From assembly GCF_003918875.1 (NCBI RefSeq), contig NW_025767533.1, forward strand, positions 248,001-312,000: a stretch of 64,000 bases of DNA, in the 5' to 3' direction. Shown piece after piece: positions 1 through 12,225 of the stretch. Below the pieces are notes generated by a model. The model searched no databases, was not told where the DNA came from, and saw only the letters and a list, made by a program, of their open reading frames with translations. Numbering within the stretch: the stretch's first letter is position 1; each line of letters opens with the position of its first letter. A program made the position numbers and the translations under genes. The DNA comes from Haliotis rubra (Eukaryota).

Positions 1-1686
1 CCATCAACACTGTCGCACATCAACAAACTTCTGTTGTTGTTACAAGACTCTAGGCAGTTGCTGCTGCACTGTTTCTGGCAAAAGTCGCCAGTATATCCAC
101 AACTGCAACCACCGGAACAACCAGCTTGCGTGCATGTTCCAAGGCAGTTCGAACACAGCTTTTGGCAACTATCCCCTACATAGTTTGACTGGCATTGACT
201 GCAAGTTCCAGTATGGCTGCAAAGACGGCATTTCTGGATACACGTCTTCCCACAAATAACTCCCCCTTCACAGTTCTGAGGACGTTCTTTACACATTCCT
301 TCGTTGTCACACCCGGCTTCTCCACACGTATGGCAACTCCGTTGACAAAAGTCGCCAAAATAGCCGGAGTTGCACTCCAGACAGCGTTCACTCTGATATC
401 TGTCACAACGTTTGCATTGTCCAGGGCATTTGGTACGACAGGATTCTCCAGAGAAGCCGTCATTGCAACCATCCGCACATGCTATTCCTCCGTGGTCCTG
501 TAGAGTACAGGCTCCGTTGAGGCACCCTGGCGCACACTGAGTGTCACATTTATACCCCGTGAATCCAGGAGGACATCCTGAAACTAAACAACCTCTCGTG
601 TATTCTATTTCTAATAATTACATCCACATATAGGTACAACATCATACTATACCGTGTAAAGGAAACAAATGTTTGTCTGTAAATAATCGAGTCTGGACCA
701 GACAATCCAGTGATCAACAGCATGAGCATCGATGTGCGCAATTGGGAGCCGATGACATGTGTCAACCAAGCCAGCGAGCTTGACCACCCGATCCCGTTAG
801 TCGCCTCTTACGACAAGCATGGGTTACTGAAGGTTCATTCTAACCCGGACCTTCACGGGTATCACATTCAGAAATTACCTTATTAACAGTACTGGGAATT
901 CTAACGCGATAGTTTAATGGATCTGACATAACTCATGAGTACTATTCATGATATAATTAATGGAGGTGAGATCAGCGGCGAGTTCCGTAATCTAATACTT
1001 GAAGAGAAATTGGGTCATACGTAGTCTCGACAAATTTGGTTACGACGCAGAAGAGCAACTTGTATAAACGGTACCGAACTGATTGCCTCACGCGAGTCAC
1101 AATCAATATTTTGAAAAACGATGTCCTTATCATGGACACCGAATGTCCCATATTTTTCATATGCCATTGTGCAACTATGGGTGTAGAGCTCCGGGAAATT
1201 AGCACTTGTTCCATCTTCCGTGTCACAACGTTGTGTAGTTACTTTGTCTTGTTTCTATTAGTTCAGGGACAAATATCTAATAGCCACACTTCGTTGCCAA
1301 TTATCTTTAATTTCTAAAGCGTCGATGTGTGCATTCGTGATTGAATAATCACACTAATTCCAAACGCTATTGCCATAACATTGAAACCAGTATGACCAAA
1401 TAACGCACCATGACATGGGGTAATGTACTTCCGTGTTTACCAACATTCAGTTACTTCGTTTCAAGGACAAATCCACCCATAAAACCACTAATGTGACCAA
1501 TAAATGTTGTTTCATATCTCAGGTGCAGATCCCTAGTGTTGGAGTGTTGTGCTGAATCACGACCTTCACCCCAGCTAGGGGATGCCTACCCCAGCTAGAT
1601 TACATGGGATGTTGAAACTGATAGTAATAGTTACCTCCATGGACAGTTGCAACAAGGAAACCAAATACGGCGAAGTACAACGACAT
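1..1686 (-). CDS. Multi-EGF-like cell-surface protein gene 1 (MEGF10/SREC-like), 5' part; runs off the left edge
   Basis: Signal exon 1686-1635 (MSLYFAVFGFLVATVHG, donor g|gtaact). Phase-1 acceptor tttcag| at 577 opens an uninterrupted Cys-rich frame to base 1 (GCPPGFTGYKCDTQCAPGCLNGAC...CDNEGMCKERPQNCEGGVICGKTC...). Colinear with gene 2. Confidence 0.85.
673..860 (-). mobile_element. SINE family A copy (partial; Meta/MESC-like core)
   Basis: Contains the reverse complement of cccatgcttgtcgtaagaggcgactaacgggatcgggtggtca, shared with about 10 other copies in the window. Confidence 0.8.
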
Positions 1687-2864
1687 TGTGCAGCTGAATG
1701 TAGACAACCTGAAACCAAAATATTCAATATGTTATCGACCATCACTGTCAAATGTGGAAATCAGCGTTCCTATTTTCATAAATGTGTCTAACTTTCACAC
1801 AGGTTCGCTATTTCCTGATAGTAGTATTAGCGTACTCTATCGTGAGCAGGGAGGCAACTGCGGGTCCACTGTGTTGCTTTAGTGTGTACGAGTATAAATG
1901 TAATCCTGCCTGTTACATCGGAAGATAGTTAGCACAGAAAATGTTAATCATTAGTATTATTCAGATACGAATTCTCCTACACTCGGTTTTTTCAAGTTGT
2001 TGAAGACCAGAAACTATTAAACCCGGTTTGCAAAGCCATTTGCTATCAGGAATGATCATCTCCAATAGCAAACTGTGACGTTTTGTACGCATACACTACA
2101 TTTTATATATTATTGCTCCTGAGTTCTAGCATCTTCGCAACTACGGGGATCCTTAACAAAGTTCAGGGGTGGTATCTTTAGTTCACATATCCGTTTAGAA
2201 AATCAAATTTTGATGATATTACTGTAGCTGTGTGTCAGTTTGAAATTGTTTAAATCTGCAGAAAGATGATTTTTCATGTTTGTTGAAGAAAAACAAAACT
2301 ATATCTCTACCAGTAACCAAACCCAACAGAACGTTTTACTCCTTTCCAAACCCCATTTACCAACAAGGATTACGACTCACCATTTATAAAGTGTCCAAGT
2401 ATATATAGAAATTGACTCTGACTGTATAGAAAAGGATCTAAGTGACCGTTGTACATAAACATTTTGTGGAAATTGGCACTGTACTATTTGCAAGATGGCA
2501 AAAGATACGAACAATTGTTGAACGGAGCCCCAAAATTATTCGAATCTAGGCCAGACAATCAAAATACGAATAAAATGGCTGTCTTAACCTTTAGAACATA
2601 ATTTCCTTCGAAGCTAATTGTCAGAATAAATGGAATCGGATAATTGGTCTAAAGCTGATGCAAAGGAGCCGTTTCTCTAAGTCTTTTGAAGTTACAAAAA
2701 TTGTGTCTGCAAGTCTTCAGCTAATTAATCAGTGCAATGAGGTATCATCAGTACTGCCACGTGCATCGTGAAGGAATATAACGTCCGAAAGCAGCAGTAA
2801 GACAACTCGGTCATGTTAAGACAATTAAGTCAATCTTTCTACGTTGGCGGTAACAAGGCCACAT

Positions 2865-3022
2865 GAGTGAGTGAGTGAGTATAGTTTTACGCCGCTTTTT
2901 TGCAAATATTCCAGCAATATCATGGCGGGGAACACCAGAAATGAGCTTTACACATTGTCCCCCATATGGGGAATCGAACCCGGGTCTTCGGCATAGCGAG
3001 CGAACGCTTTAACCTCTAGGCC
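2865..3022 (-). mobile_element. tRNA-derived SINE family B copy
   Basis: B-box ggttcgattcc on the minus strand, shared body and (CACT)n tail. Confidence 0.8.
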
Positions 3023-3027
3023 ATGTG

Positions 3028-3243
3028 ACATTAACACTTGCCGCTATTAACATATAACTGTATTGATGTGTATAACATTTACATTAACACTTGCCGCTAT
3101 TAACATATAACTGTATTGATGTGTATAACATTTACATTAACACTTGCCGCTATTAACATAACACTGTATTGATGTGTATAACATTTACATTAACACTTGC
3201 CGCTATTATCATAACACTGTATTGATGCGTATAAAATTTACAT
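3028..3243. repeat. 53-bp tandem repeat, about 4 copies
   Basis: Unit acattaacacttgccgctattaacatataactgtattgatgtgtataacattt. Confidence 0.9.
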
Positions 3244-3912
3244 CACAACTCGAGCTTACAAAGGAGAACATGACAAGTTGTTATTTTCTATCATCTCAGA
3301 GGTGAAAATAATTATGAATTGTTTTACAATGCAAAAAGTAGACTAAAACATGCTGATAATTTTCCATTGGTAATCAGCTTAATTAACTATGAATTAAACC
3401 AATTAAACTAACCGAGGATTGAAACAGTTGCTAAAAAGTATGTCTCTCGCGTTGACAATTTTCAAGATACACGGTGCATTAGCAGCATAGTGACCATCAC
3501 AAAAGAATAGTACCTTTATTTAAAAAATAAGCAACTATATGTCAAATCATCACTGCATAACAGAGACGAGAAGCATATAAAAATAGTTTCTTTGGTTGCA
3601 TTCTCCTTCTATTTGCAAACTCTAGGTGAAAAAAATTACAGATAAAGATTGCCAAGCAGCAGAAACGGCACATGTGACTTACCACTCTTGCAGCTCCCAA
3701 CATAATGATGGCAAACCAGGCTTGTCGAAGGAAATAGAAACATACAAGCCTTGACCCAATCAAGGAAACAATTACTACTTACCTTTGTCATGGACACTGA
3801 TGACAAGTTTAAGCATCCTTTGCCCTCTGGCGACCTATTGACATGACCCTGTATTGTAGAATGTTTCATATCTCCTCATTTTACAAAACGGAAGTGCGCC
3901 ATTGCCGTGTAG

Positions 3913-4144
3913 AGTGAGTGAGGGAGTGCGATTAGTTCTACGCCGCACTCAGCAATATTCCAGCTATATGGCGGCGGTCTGTAAATAATCCAGTCTGGTC
4001 CAGACAATCCAGTGATCAACACCATGAACATCGATCTACGTAATTGGGATACATGTGTCAATCAAGTCACCCGATCCCGTTAGTCGCCTCTTACAATAAG
4101 CATGGGTTACTGAAGGTCAATTCTAACCCGGATCTTCACGGGTC
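3913..4144 (-). mobile_element. SINE family A copy with target-site duplication
   Basis: Family A sequence flanked by the direct repeat tgccgtgtaga. Confidence 0.85.
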
Positions 4145-4344
4145 TGCCGTGTAGAAGATCTCGGGGGTTTTCAGCGACAATATTATCTAAACTTTCAACT
4201 GGTTAGTGTTCATTCGTGGCCCTGGGAGTTGATGAAGTTGATTGACTAATGGAACATGATTTTGAGGGTGAATTTCAGGAGGGAAAGGAAGGGTGTTAAT
4301 CATAGTGGATGTCTGCTAAACTTGCCGTATTTCCCTAATTATAC

Positions 4345-4587
4345 GACCCGTGAAGATCCGGGTTCGAATTGGCCTTCAGTAGCCCATGTTTGTCGTAAGA
4401 GGCGACGAACGGGATCGGGTTATCAGGCTCACTGACTTGATTGACACATGTCATCGTATCCCAATTACGTAGAATGATGCTCATTCTGTTGATTACTGGA
4501 TTGTCTGGCCCAGACTCGATTATTTACATACCGCAGCCATATAGCTGGAATATTGTTGAGTGCGGCGTAAAACAACAAACCAACCAA
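4345..4587 (+). mobile_element. SINE family A full-length copy
   Basis: gacccgtgaagatccgggtt...gcggcgtaaaacaacaaac, flanked by ctaattatac/ctaattacac. Confidence 0.85.
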
Positions 4588-4677
4588 TACTAATTACACA
4601 GATACGTGAGGGAAACTCTCACGATTGGGTTTCCAAGTTGTTTTAGGCGCCGCTAGTCGCAATGTTGAGTTGTTGAG

Positions 4678-6870
4678 TTGTTGAGTTATTATTTAAAAAC
4701 AAATTCTATTAAATCATCGTTTCCATCAATTGTCAGCAATAATATAGTTTATGACAACGAACAAGATATTGCTGATATACCCAACTCATTTTTCTCAGAA
4801 CAATCCCAAGTTGCTGATCCAACCGCCGATCTGCCTGATATCGAGCATCGTGAAATCAATCATCTTTTATCATTAATCACAATAAGTATTGAAGATGTTC
4901 GAGATATTCTTTTGAGTTTAGACACACCTAAAGCCACGGGGCCAAATGGCATTGGAAACATTGTATTGAAATTATCTTCAGTCTCTCTAACGCCGTTGTT
5001 AGCTAAGTTGTTTAACGTCTCCATTCGTAATAAAACTTTCCCTTCAACTTGGAAACTAGCCTCGGTAATCCCGCTTCATAAGAAAGGCGATGAGCACGAC
5101 TGTTCAAACTATAGGCCAGTTGCGCTAACTAGCTGTGTCGCTAAGGTTTTTGAAAAATGCCTTTTTAAAGACGTCTTCAACTTCTTTAGAGATAACAATA
5201 TTCTGTCAAACTTACAATCTGGATTTATGCCTGGCGATTCTACAGTAAATCAATTAACTTATCTCTATAACTACATCGCAGATGCAGTAGATAAAGGAAA
5301 GGAAATTAGAGCCGTATTTTGCGATATAAGTAAAGTCTTTGATAGAGTTTGGCATAGGGGCATTATTCATAAACTTCATGCTTACAGTATAAGGAGTGAA
5401 CTCATGGAATGGTTTGAAAGTTATCTAGATAGTAGAATGCAGAGAGTAGTAATAAGTGGATACAGTTCAGATATTAAACTTGTGGAAGCTGGCGTGCCCC
5501 AAGGTTCCGTTTTTTGGACCGCTTTTGTTCATCATCTATATTAGTGACATTGTGGATGGTATAGATAGTAACATCCGTCTTTTTGCGGCAGCCGCAATTA
5601 TCAACAATGATTTGGCAAAAAATTCAGATTGGGCTAAAAAGTGGCAAGTTAGCTTTAATCCTAGTAGGACTGAGAGTATAACATTCACTCAAAAAAACGA
5701 AAATCTATGTCAGACCAAACTTATTAATGAATGGTGAAATTATTAAAGAAGTGGATAACCATAAACACTTTGGTATAACATGACATGATAAAGAAAATTA
5801 GTCCAATGATCAATTGTCTGAGAAGTTTGAAATATCGTTTATCTCGGAAAACGCTTAATACTTTATACAACTCCTTTATCTTACCACTTTTTGATTACTG
5901 CTGTCATATATGGGATAATTGTACGATTGAACAGGCGATTTTACTGGAACATTTACATTTAGACGCCTTAAGAACTATAAGCGGTGCGTATCGTGGCTCC
6001 AGTCACGATAACATATACAGGGAAACTAATCATAGCACACTGAAACAAAGACGACATCGCTCTAAACTCATAACTTTCTATTAAATGTATCATCGTCTGA
6101 CTCCTGATTATTTGAACGATCTTGTACCAGGTAGAGTACTCGAACAAAGTAACTATAATCTTAGAAATAGTACTTCCATTCAAACTATTAATTGTAGAAC
6201 GCGAAGATATTCTCAATCATTTTAACCGAGCGCGATTATGACGTGGAATTCATTGCCTGATAGAGCTGTTAACGCTATAAACACGACAGAAACTCACAAT
6301 TTCTTTGATTTGAATTTTGGAACTAGATTTTGTCAAATCATTCATTGTCGCCTCAAGTTTGGCTGCAGTGATCTAAACGCAGACAGATATAATCGGCATG
6401 TATCGGACACACCCAGGTGCTCATGTGGTTATTATAACCAAGACGTTATTCAATACCTTTTTACATGTCGGAACTAACAAAATTTAAGAATAACTGTGTA
6501 TTTTTATATTCAAGAATATGATATTAACACTACGTTATACGGTAACGGCGCATTCTTAACTCATTACACCAGTTCATTTCTAAAAGTAACCGCTTCCAGT
6601 GATTAACACCTCAACATATATATTCAGTGTAAGACAAATTTTATATAACGTGATTTTCTGCGGCAGCCCATTTCATTGCTAGGTATAACCAACACCAGAA
6701 CGAACATATTTGTTACTCAATCATATATTTGTTATGGTATTATTCTTTTGTTGTCAAACTATTTCATTATGTCCAGCTATTAATTTTGAACAATGTCCTG
6801 GAGTGGCGTTAATATAAGCCTCTAGGCTTGTTCGCCTATCCAGATTTCTGCTTTGGCGAAATAAAAATAT
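4678..6870 (+). mobile_element. 5'-truncated, decayed CR1/L2-group LINE (reverse transcriptase ORF2 remnant)
   Basis: RT motifs KATGPNGI, WKLASVIPLHKKG, NYRPVALTS, QSGF, FCDISKVFDRVWH and GVPQGS, broken by frameshifts. C-terminal CSCG motif and an AATAAA-containing 3' end. Confidence 0.9.
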
Positions 6871-6900
6871 GTTTAGATCCCACAGAATAATAAGACGCCA

Positions 6901-7630
6901 GATCCCACAGGTGTCGTCTACCAGATAGCATGCGACTGCGGCGAATCCTACATTGGTGAAACCTCAAGACCAGTCACCATTAGGATCAAAGAACACCAGG
7001 CCTCAGTAAGAAACAAAGACTCTAAATCCGCCATAGCTGACCACCTGAAAGCCAATCCAAACCACAACATCAGTTGGAACACCACCAAGATCATCGAGAG
7101 GAACAAAACTGACTTCAAAACCCGCAAACTACTTGAAGCTGTCCATATAAAGAAGATTACCCCATCTATCAACGGAGATGAAGGATATTTCATCCCCAAG
7201 GCCTATCATCACTCGCTGAATTAATTTTCATGTAACCCTACCATTGTACATTATCCCTTGTGTCCATCACTACTGACTTCCCAACAGTACCTTATCACCA
7301 ATGTATACACCTGTGTACATCACCCCCTACTGGCTGCCAATCAACATCCTTAATCCCTTATGTATACAACCATGTACTTCCATCACTGGCTTCCATCAAC
7401 CTACTTAATCATGTATACTATCTGTGTTATGAGCCTCTTCTATTCTATAAACACTCATTTTCGCCTCATCCTTCATCTGTTGTCCAAACATCTCATGTAT
7501 ATATATCACCCAAAATTACTTCTCATGTATCACTTGCTTGACAACGACATTAGAATCTATGTCGAAACGTCCCTATACAGAATAAAGAAGTTGAACATGT
7601 ATATCCATAAAAATAGTCCTCATCCTTCAA
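6901..7630 (+). mobile_element. Penelope-like element 3' fragment (GIY-YIG endonuclease plus 3' UTR/pseudo-LTR)
   Basis: Plus-strand frame GVVYQIACDCGESYIGETSRPVTIRIKEH...SAIADH...RKLLEAVHI...SINGDEG, then a hammerhead-like motif at 7538-7571. Confidence 0.88.
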
Positions 7631-8539
7631 GGGTGTTTGCCTGAGACATATAAATAAGCAGATCACTCACTCACTCATGTTTTAAACAATACACACGTAT
7701 CTACATACACTTAGATTGCTGTACAAATGTACCCGTACTAGACTTTAGACGTGACTTGACGTTATGTACATATGTCGCCGTTCTCTATGACGCAGTTACT
7801 TGGTACATAAACAATATGTTTTGTTTTAACATCAGGACACCTTGATTACACTCCACTGACCTTGACAGTTTCTGTTTCCACCAGCGCAGAACCCTACCAC
7901 TGTGTTATTGTTGACACTAGTTTCAAATATACGTCATTGTCATTGTTGATTTCACGCTGATACGAAATACTTCACGTTTAAATGGTTAAAGTTAAAACAC
8001 GTCAATTGACTTACTATGAGGACGCAAGTGACATGTAGATTTAAACATACTTTCTTGCGTTACCAGAACTGTTATATATATTTACAGACAAGTTTGATTG
8101 TTTCGTGATGGATATTACAACAACTCGTTGATTATGTGATTTTCATTTAATGTCTGATTGTCTTTATTGATAATGTTAATAATCCGATTCCTAAATAATA
8201 CATTTTCAAATCTATATGACTCAAGGGTAACATTTGTATGTCGTATACAGGGAAGGATTTGCGAAGGATTCTTTTCTTACATATACAGTCAAAGTATAAC
8301 ATTCCTTCTCTGTTCTCTCGCGCTGCTCAGATACACAGTCATTGCGGCACGGGCTCGATCTGTGTGACCCGATGGTGAAACATTTTTCGGGGAATCTGTA
8401 TTTTATGAAAAGCTTTGATTTACATTTCGCCAGCTTTCCTTAGAATCGGAAGTCGACGTTAGCTGGTGTTGTTGAATAGGCTTTAAGTTATGTCAGCTCA
8501 AGAGTTGAAAAGATGTTTAATCTAATTTACATGAATTTC

Positions 8540-9700
8540 AACTGAATTGTGGTATTCAGATCAACGCCAATTTCATGCTTAGTGTTCTTCTTTACGCAGA
8601 TGATATTGCGCTCATTGCAGGAGACGAAGATTCTTTACAGTCTATATTAGACTGTGTCAATCAATGGTGCAGAAGATGGCGTTTGCAGATTAATGCTTCG
8701 AAGACCAAAATAGTTCATTATAGACCTGTTTCTATGGCAAGAACCGAGTTCAGATTTTCTTGTGGCAACGACGACATCGATGTATGTAACCCCTATAAAT
8801 ATCTAGGATTGGGTATCTTAATTAGTAAATTCAAAGCAGTTGGTGGGATGCATTATGATGTGTTTAACAAACTTTATGATAACTTAGTTCAACCAATACT
8901 CTCGTATGGCTCTGCTGTTTGGGGGTCACGTGAATTCAGTTGTATAAATGCTATCCGAAATAGGGCATGTCTTTTCTTTTTGGGTGTAGGTCGTAATACC
9001 CCGAACTTAGCCGTAAGAGGCGAGATGGGTTGGTTTTCTAACCTCACAAAACATCGTATTGAATCTGTCCGTTATTGGAAGCGCCTACAATCTTTAAGCT
9101 CAATAGTATTATAAGCAATATTCACAACTGGTCATTGTCCTTCCGTAAGTCATGGGATAACAAAGTTTTACAATTATTGATCTCTTTGGATTTACCTCTT
9201 GTTGACATGCTGCGTATTTCTACAATCGATTTCATTTTCATAAAAGAGAAGTTGTTTGATATTGATTATTCTAACTGGTATTCACAACTATGGGATGATA
9301 CTGGCTGTTGTAACGGCAACAAACTACGAACGTTCCGGCTGTTTAAGACCTCTTTATCAGTATCAACATATGCCCGCACTATTTTCAATAGTTCTCAACG
9401 AAGTATCCTGGCCAAACTACGATGTGGAACTTTACCTCTGGAGATTGAACTTGGTCGTTTCTCACGGCCTAAAACCCCTCTTGAACAACGACTTTGTAAA
9501 TATTGTAAGAATAGAGCAGTTGAAGACGAGGTCCATTTTTTATCGAAATGTAATATATATTCCGATATAAGGTCAGTTTTATGGTAAAAAGGCACGCTCT
9601 CTTAATCCTCTGTTTAGCTTGATGACTCCTGTCGACCAGACTATTTTTATTATGGAATGTGATAACCTAGTATATTCCTCTCTCTCTCTCTCTCTCTAAT
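8540..9700 (+). mobile_element. Decayed LINE ORF2 C-terminal fragment (CR1/L2-group)
   Basis: LLYADDIALIA, LQINASKTK, YKYLG, LRCGTLPLEIELGRF and LCKYC..VEDEVHFL..C, with frameshifts. Confidence 0.88.
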
Positions 9701-10595
9701 TTACATGTACAATTTCACGTAAGCTTCCAAGTGATGCTCCTTCTTCATCATGCCACCTTTTATCAACAGTCACAAATACTTAATGTCTGATAGTATCGTA
9801 CGATCGAGAATTGTGAAGAGTATACGGCAAGATAATTACTTATCTTCTGCAAACATGAAATATTTTTTGGTTTCATATGGAGTTATGTCCCTTGCCGTCT
9901 TAAGCATCCCTATTGTCGGACAGGGGGATAGTTTATCAGACATAAACCAACGTTCATCTATGCATTGTTTTATGGCACCGTGTTATAATCTCCACAAAAA
10001 TTATGAACCTTGACATACTGGAATAACTAGAGAAAGTATAATTTAAGTAAATCAGTTCTAAAGGAATAGAATCACACAGCATTATGTCTATGCCCATGAC
10101 GTGATTATACTCATAACTGAGTAAAAGAAATACAGAAACTTGTAAGTGCCTATTGTCAGTAAATCTGTCATTGTTGATTGGTATTGCTACCCACGGCCTT
10201 ACAATTATGCCTCCTCTTAAGATGTTCGACGTGTTTAGGATAAAAAATGAAGGATTTAGTTTGCATATATATGACATTGTTTTTTTCCTGTGACTACGAC
10301 ACATAAAAGGCTTCGCCGCACATTCTTTTGCATCCTTGTTTACGTAGTAATATACAGATTCATCAACATCTAAATGTTCGTTATTGTGACACGTTGTATT
10401 TGTCGACACGTGAGTGAGCGTGGGGATGTTGGCATCACGCCCCGGCCGTGCAGATATACCTCAGAAGACGCACCATGTAGGGTAATCGACGGACTCTTGG
10501 AAATGCTGGCGTGGCTTGGGGTGCTACTCTATAAACACCAAGTCGCCCAACCTCTTGGAAAATTAATTTTGGGTTCTCGAAAGAAGAATATATAG

Positions 10596-10760
10596 AGTGA
10601 GTGAGTGAGTTTACTTTTACGCCGCTTTAAGCAATATTCCAGCAATATCACGGCAGGGGACACCAGAAATGGACTTAACACATTGTGCCCATGTGGGGAA
10701 TCGAACCTGGGTTTTCGGCGTGACGAGCGAACGCCTTAACCACTAGGCTACCCCACCCCC
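10596..10760 (-). mobile_element. tRNA-derived SINE family B full-length copy
   Basis: A-box tagcctagtgg and B-box ggttcgattcc; 13-bp TSD agaatatatagag. Confidence 0.9.
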
Positions 10761-11349
10761 AGAATATATAGAGAGAATATCTGCTTCATCTGTTATCTCC
10801 AATTATTAAGATTCACATAACATGTCAAGCATCCTAAATTTGCAAAGTATTACAGGAACACGAAATATTTATAGAAGTTTATTCAATATTTTGTTTCAGT
10901 AAACCAAACAGTTCAATAGTGTATGTGACAATATTGAATTCTTGAAAGTGGACAATTTATGGGTTTCTGATTGGTTTATTTAATTTTTTCCATTTTTGGG
11001 GGGGTTTGTTTGGTCATACTAGATTTCCTACAGAACACAATTGCCCTGTTAACCTAACACCCTGTTCACGAACCTCAACCGTGCAGGTGTATTTGGCATT
11101 TTGTAAGAGAGAAAATAGACAGCAGTATTTGACTTTACAAAATGCTCTGTTTATTACAAAAATATCATGATAATAATAAAGCACATAAGCACATCTTACA
11201 TTAAACAAATTCGACTGCATATGCACAGGTTATAGTATAGATCAATAAAACAACATTCCTGTCAATAGATATGTACTCAATTATGTTGAAGATTATGTAC
11301 AAAACATAGGCAAACCAGATAATTGGAATATATTGCTATGCTTGTCCAG

Positions 11350-11617
11350 GCCCCGATTTCTCGAAATAAACTTAAGTCTGAGTTTTGACTTAAGTTAGAG
11401 GTTTTGCTCAAATCTGAGAAAATGTATTTCCCAGAATGAACTAAAATCGATGTTAAACTCAAACATAGTAGACATTTGAGTTTGGTGGATAGATGTTAAG
11501 TTGTTAGGGCTTGTTTATGTAAATAATGCAGTTGAGTTAAAAATACAGCTGTTTCAAGTTGTCAAACTCAGTTTGAAATTTGAGTAAAAACGTAAGTTTG
11601 TTTCGAGAAATCAGGGC
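11350..11617. mobile_element. MITE, PIF/Harbinger-like
   Basis: TIRs gccccgatttctcgaaa / tttcgagaaatcagggc with 3-bp TSD cag (11347-49 and 11618-20). Confidence 0.75.
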
Positions 11618-12225
11618 CAGATCACACAATACTACATTATATACATGGGCACATCTTCTCCAGACCTGCATACTGAACCAGTTACTTATGGACATTATCG
11701 TATATTACTTAATACAAAATATGATATTTAAACAACATCGGACTGCATCTGTACAACAACCGATTCTTGCATATCATAACACCCTACCTGTGTTTAATGT
11801 TTCTCAGTTTGACATAACATAAACATGCTCATTTACTTACATTGACTTTACTACTTTATTCACAAAACCAGGGACTGCATTTATTTCTCACCATCAATTC
11901 AACTCAGAAAGGAAATCAATATGGCCTTTATGCACCGGGGATTCCGGGAAGGCATATTAGCCGCCCACGACCTGTATTAAGGTTTGGTCAATGGACTGAT
12001 TGCACGCATCGTATCCTAATTACGTGGATCGGTGCTCATGACATCGACCACTGGTTTTGCCTGATCCAGATTTGTATAGCGTCGTTGTACAGCTGGAGTA
12101 TTGTTAACTACAACGTGAACAGTAAAATATATAAAAACAATAATGAAGGCGGGATATTGAAAGGAAACATAAAAAGCAAATCATGTCCACACATCATGAC
12201 TGAAGTATATGCAGTTGCCTATCAA

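Noticed and set aside
9954-10409. 151-aa minus-strand ORF
   Set aside because: No motif, splice support or paralog is visible, so it cannot be supported.
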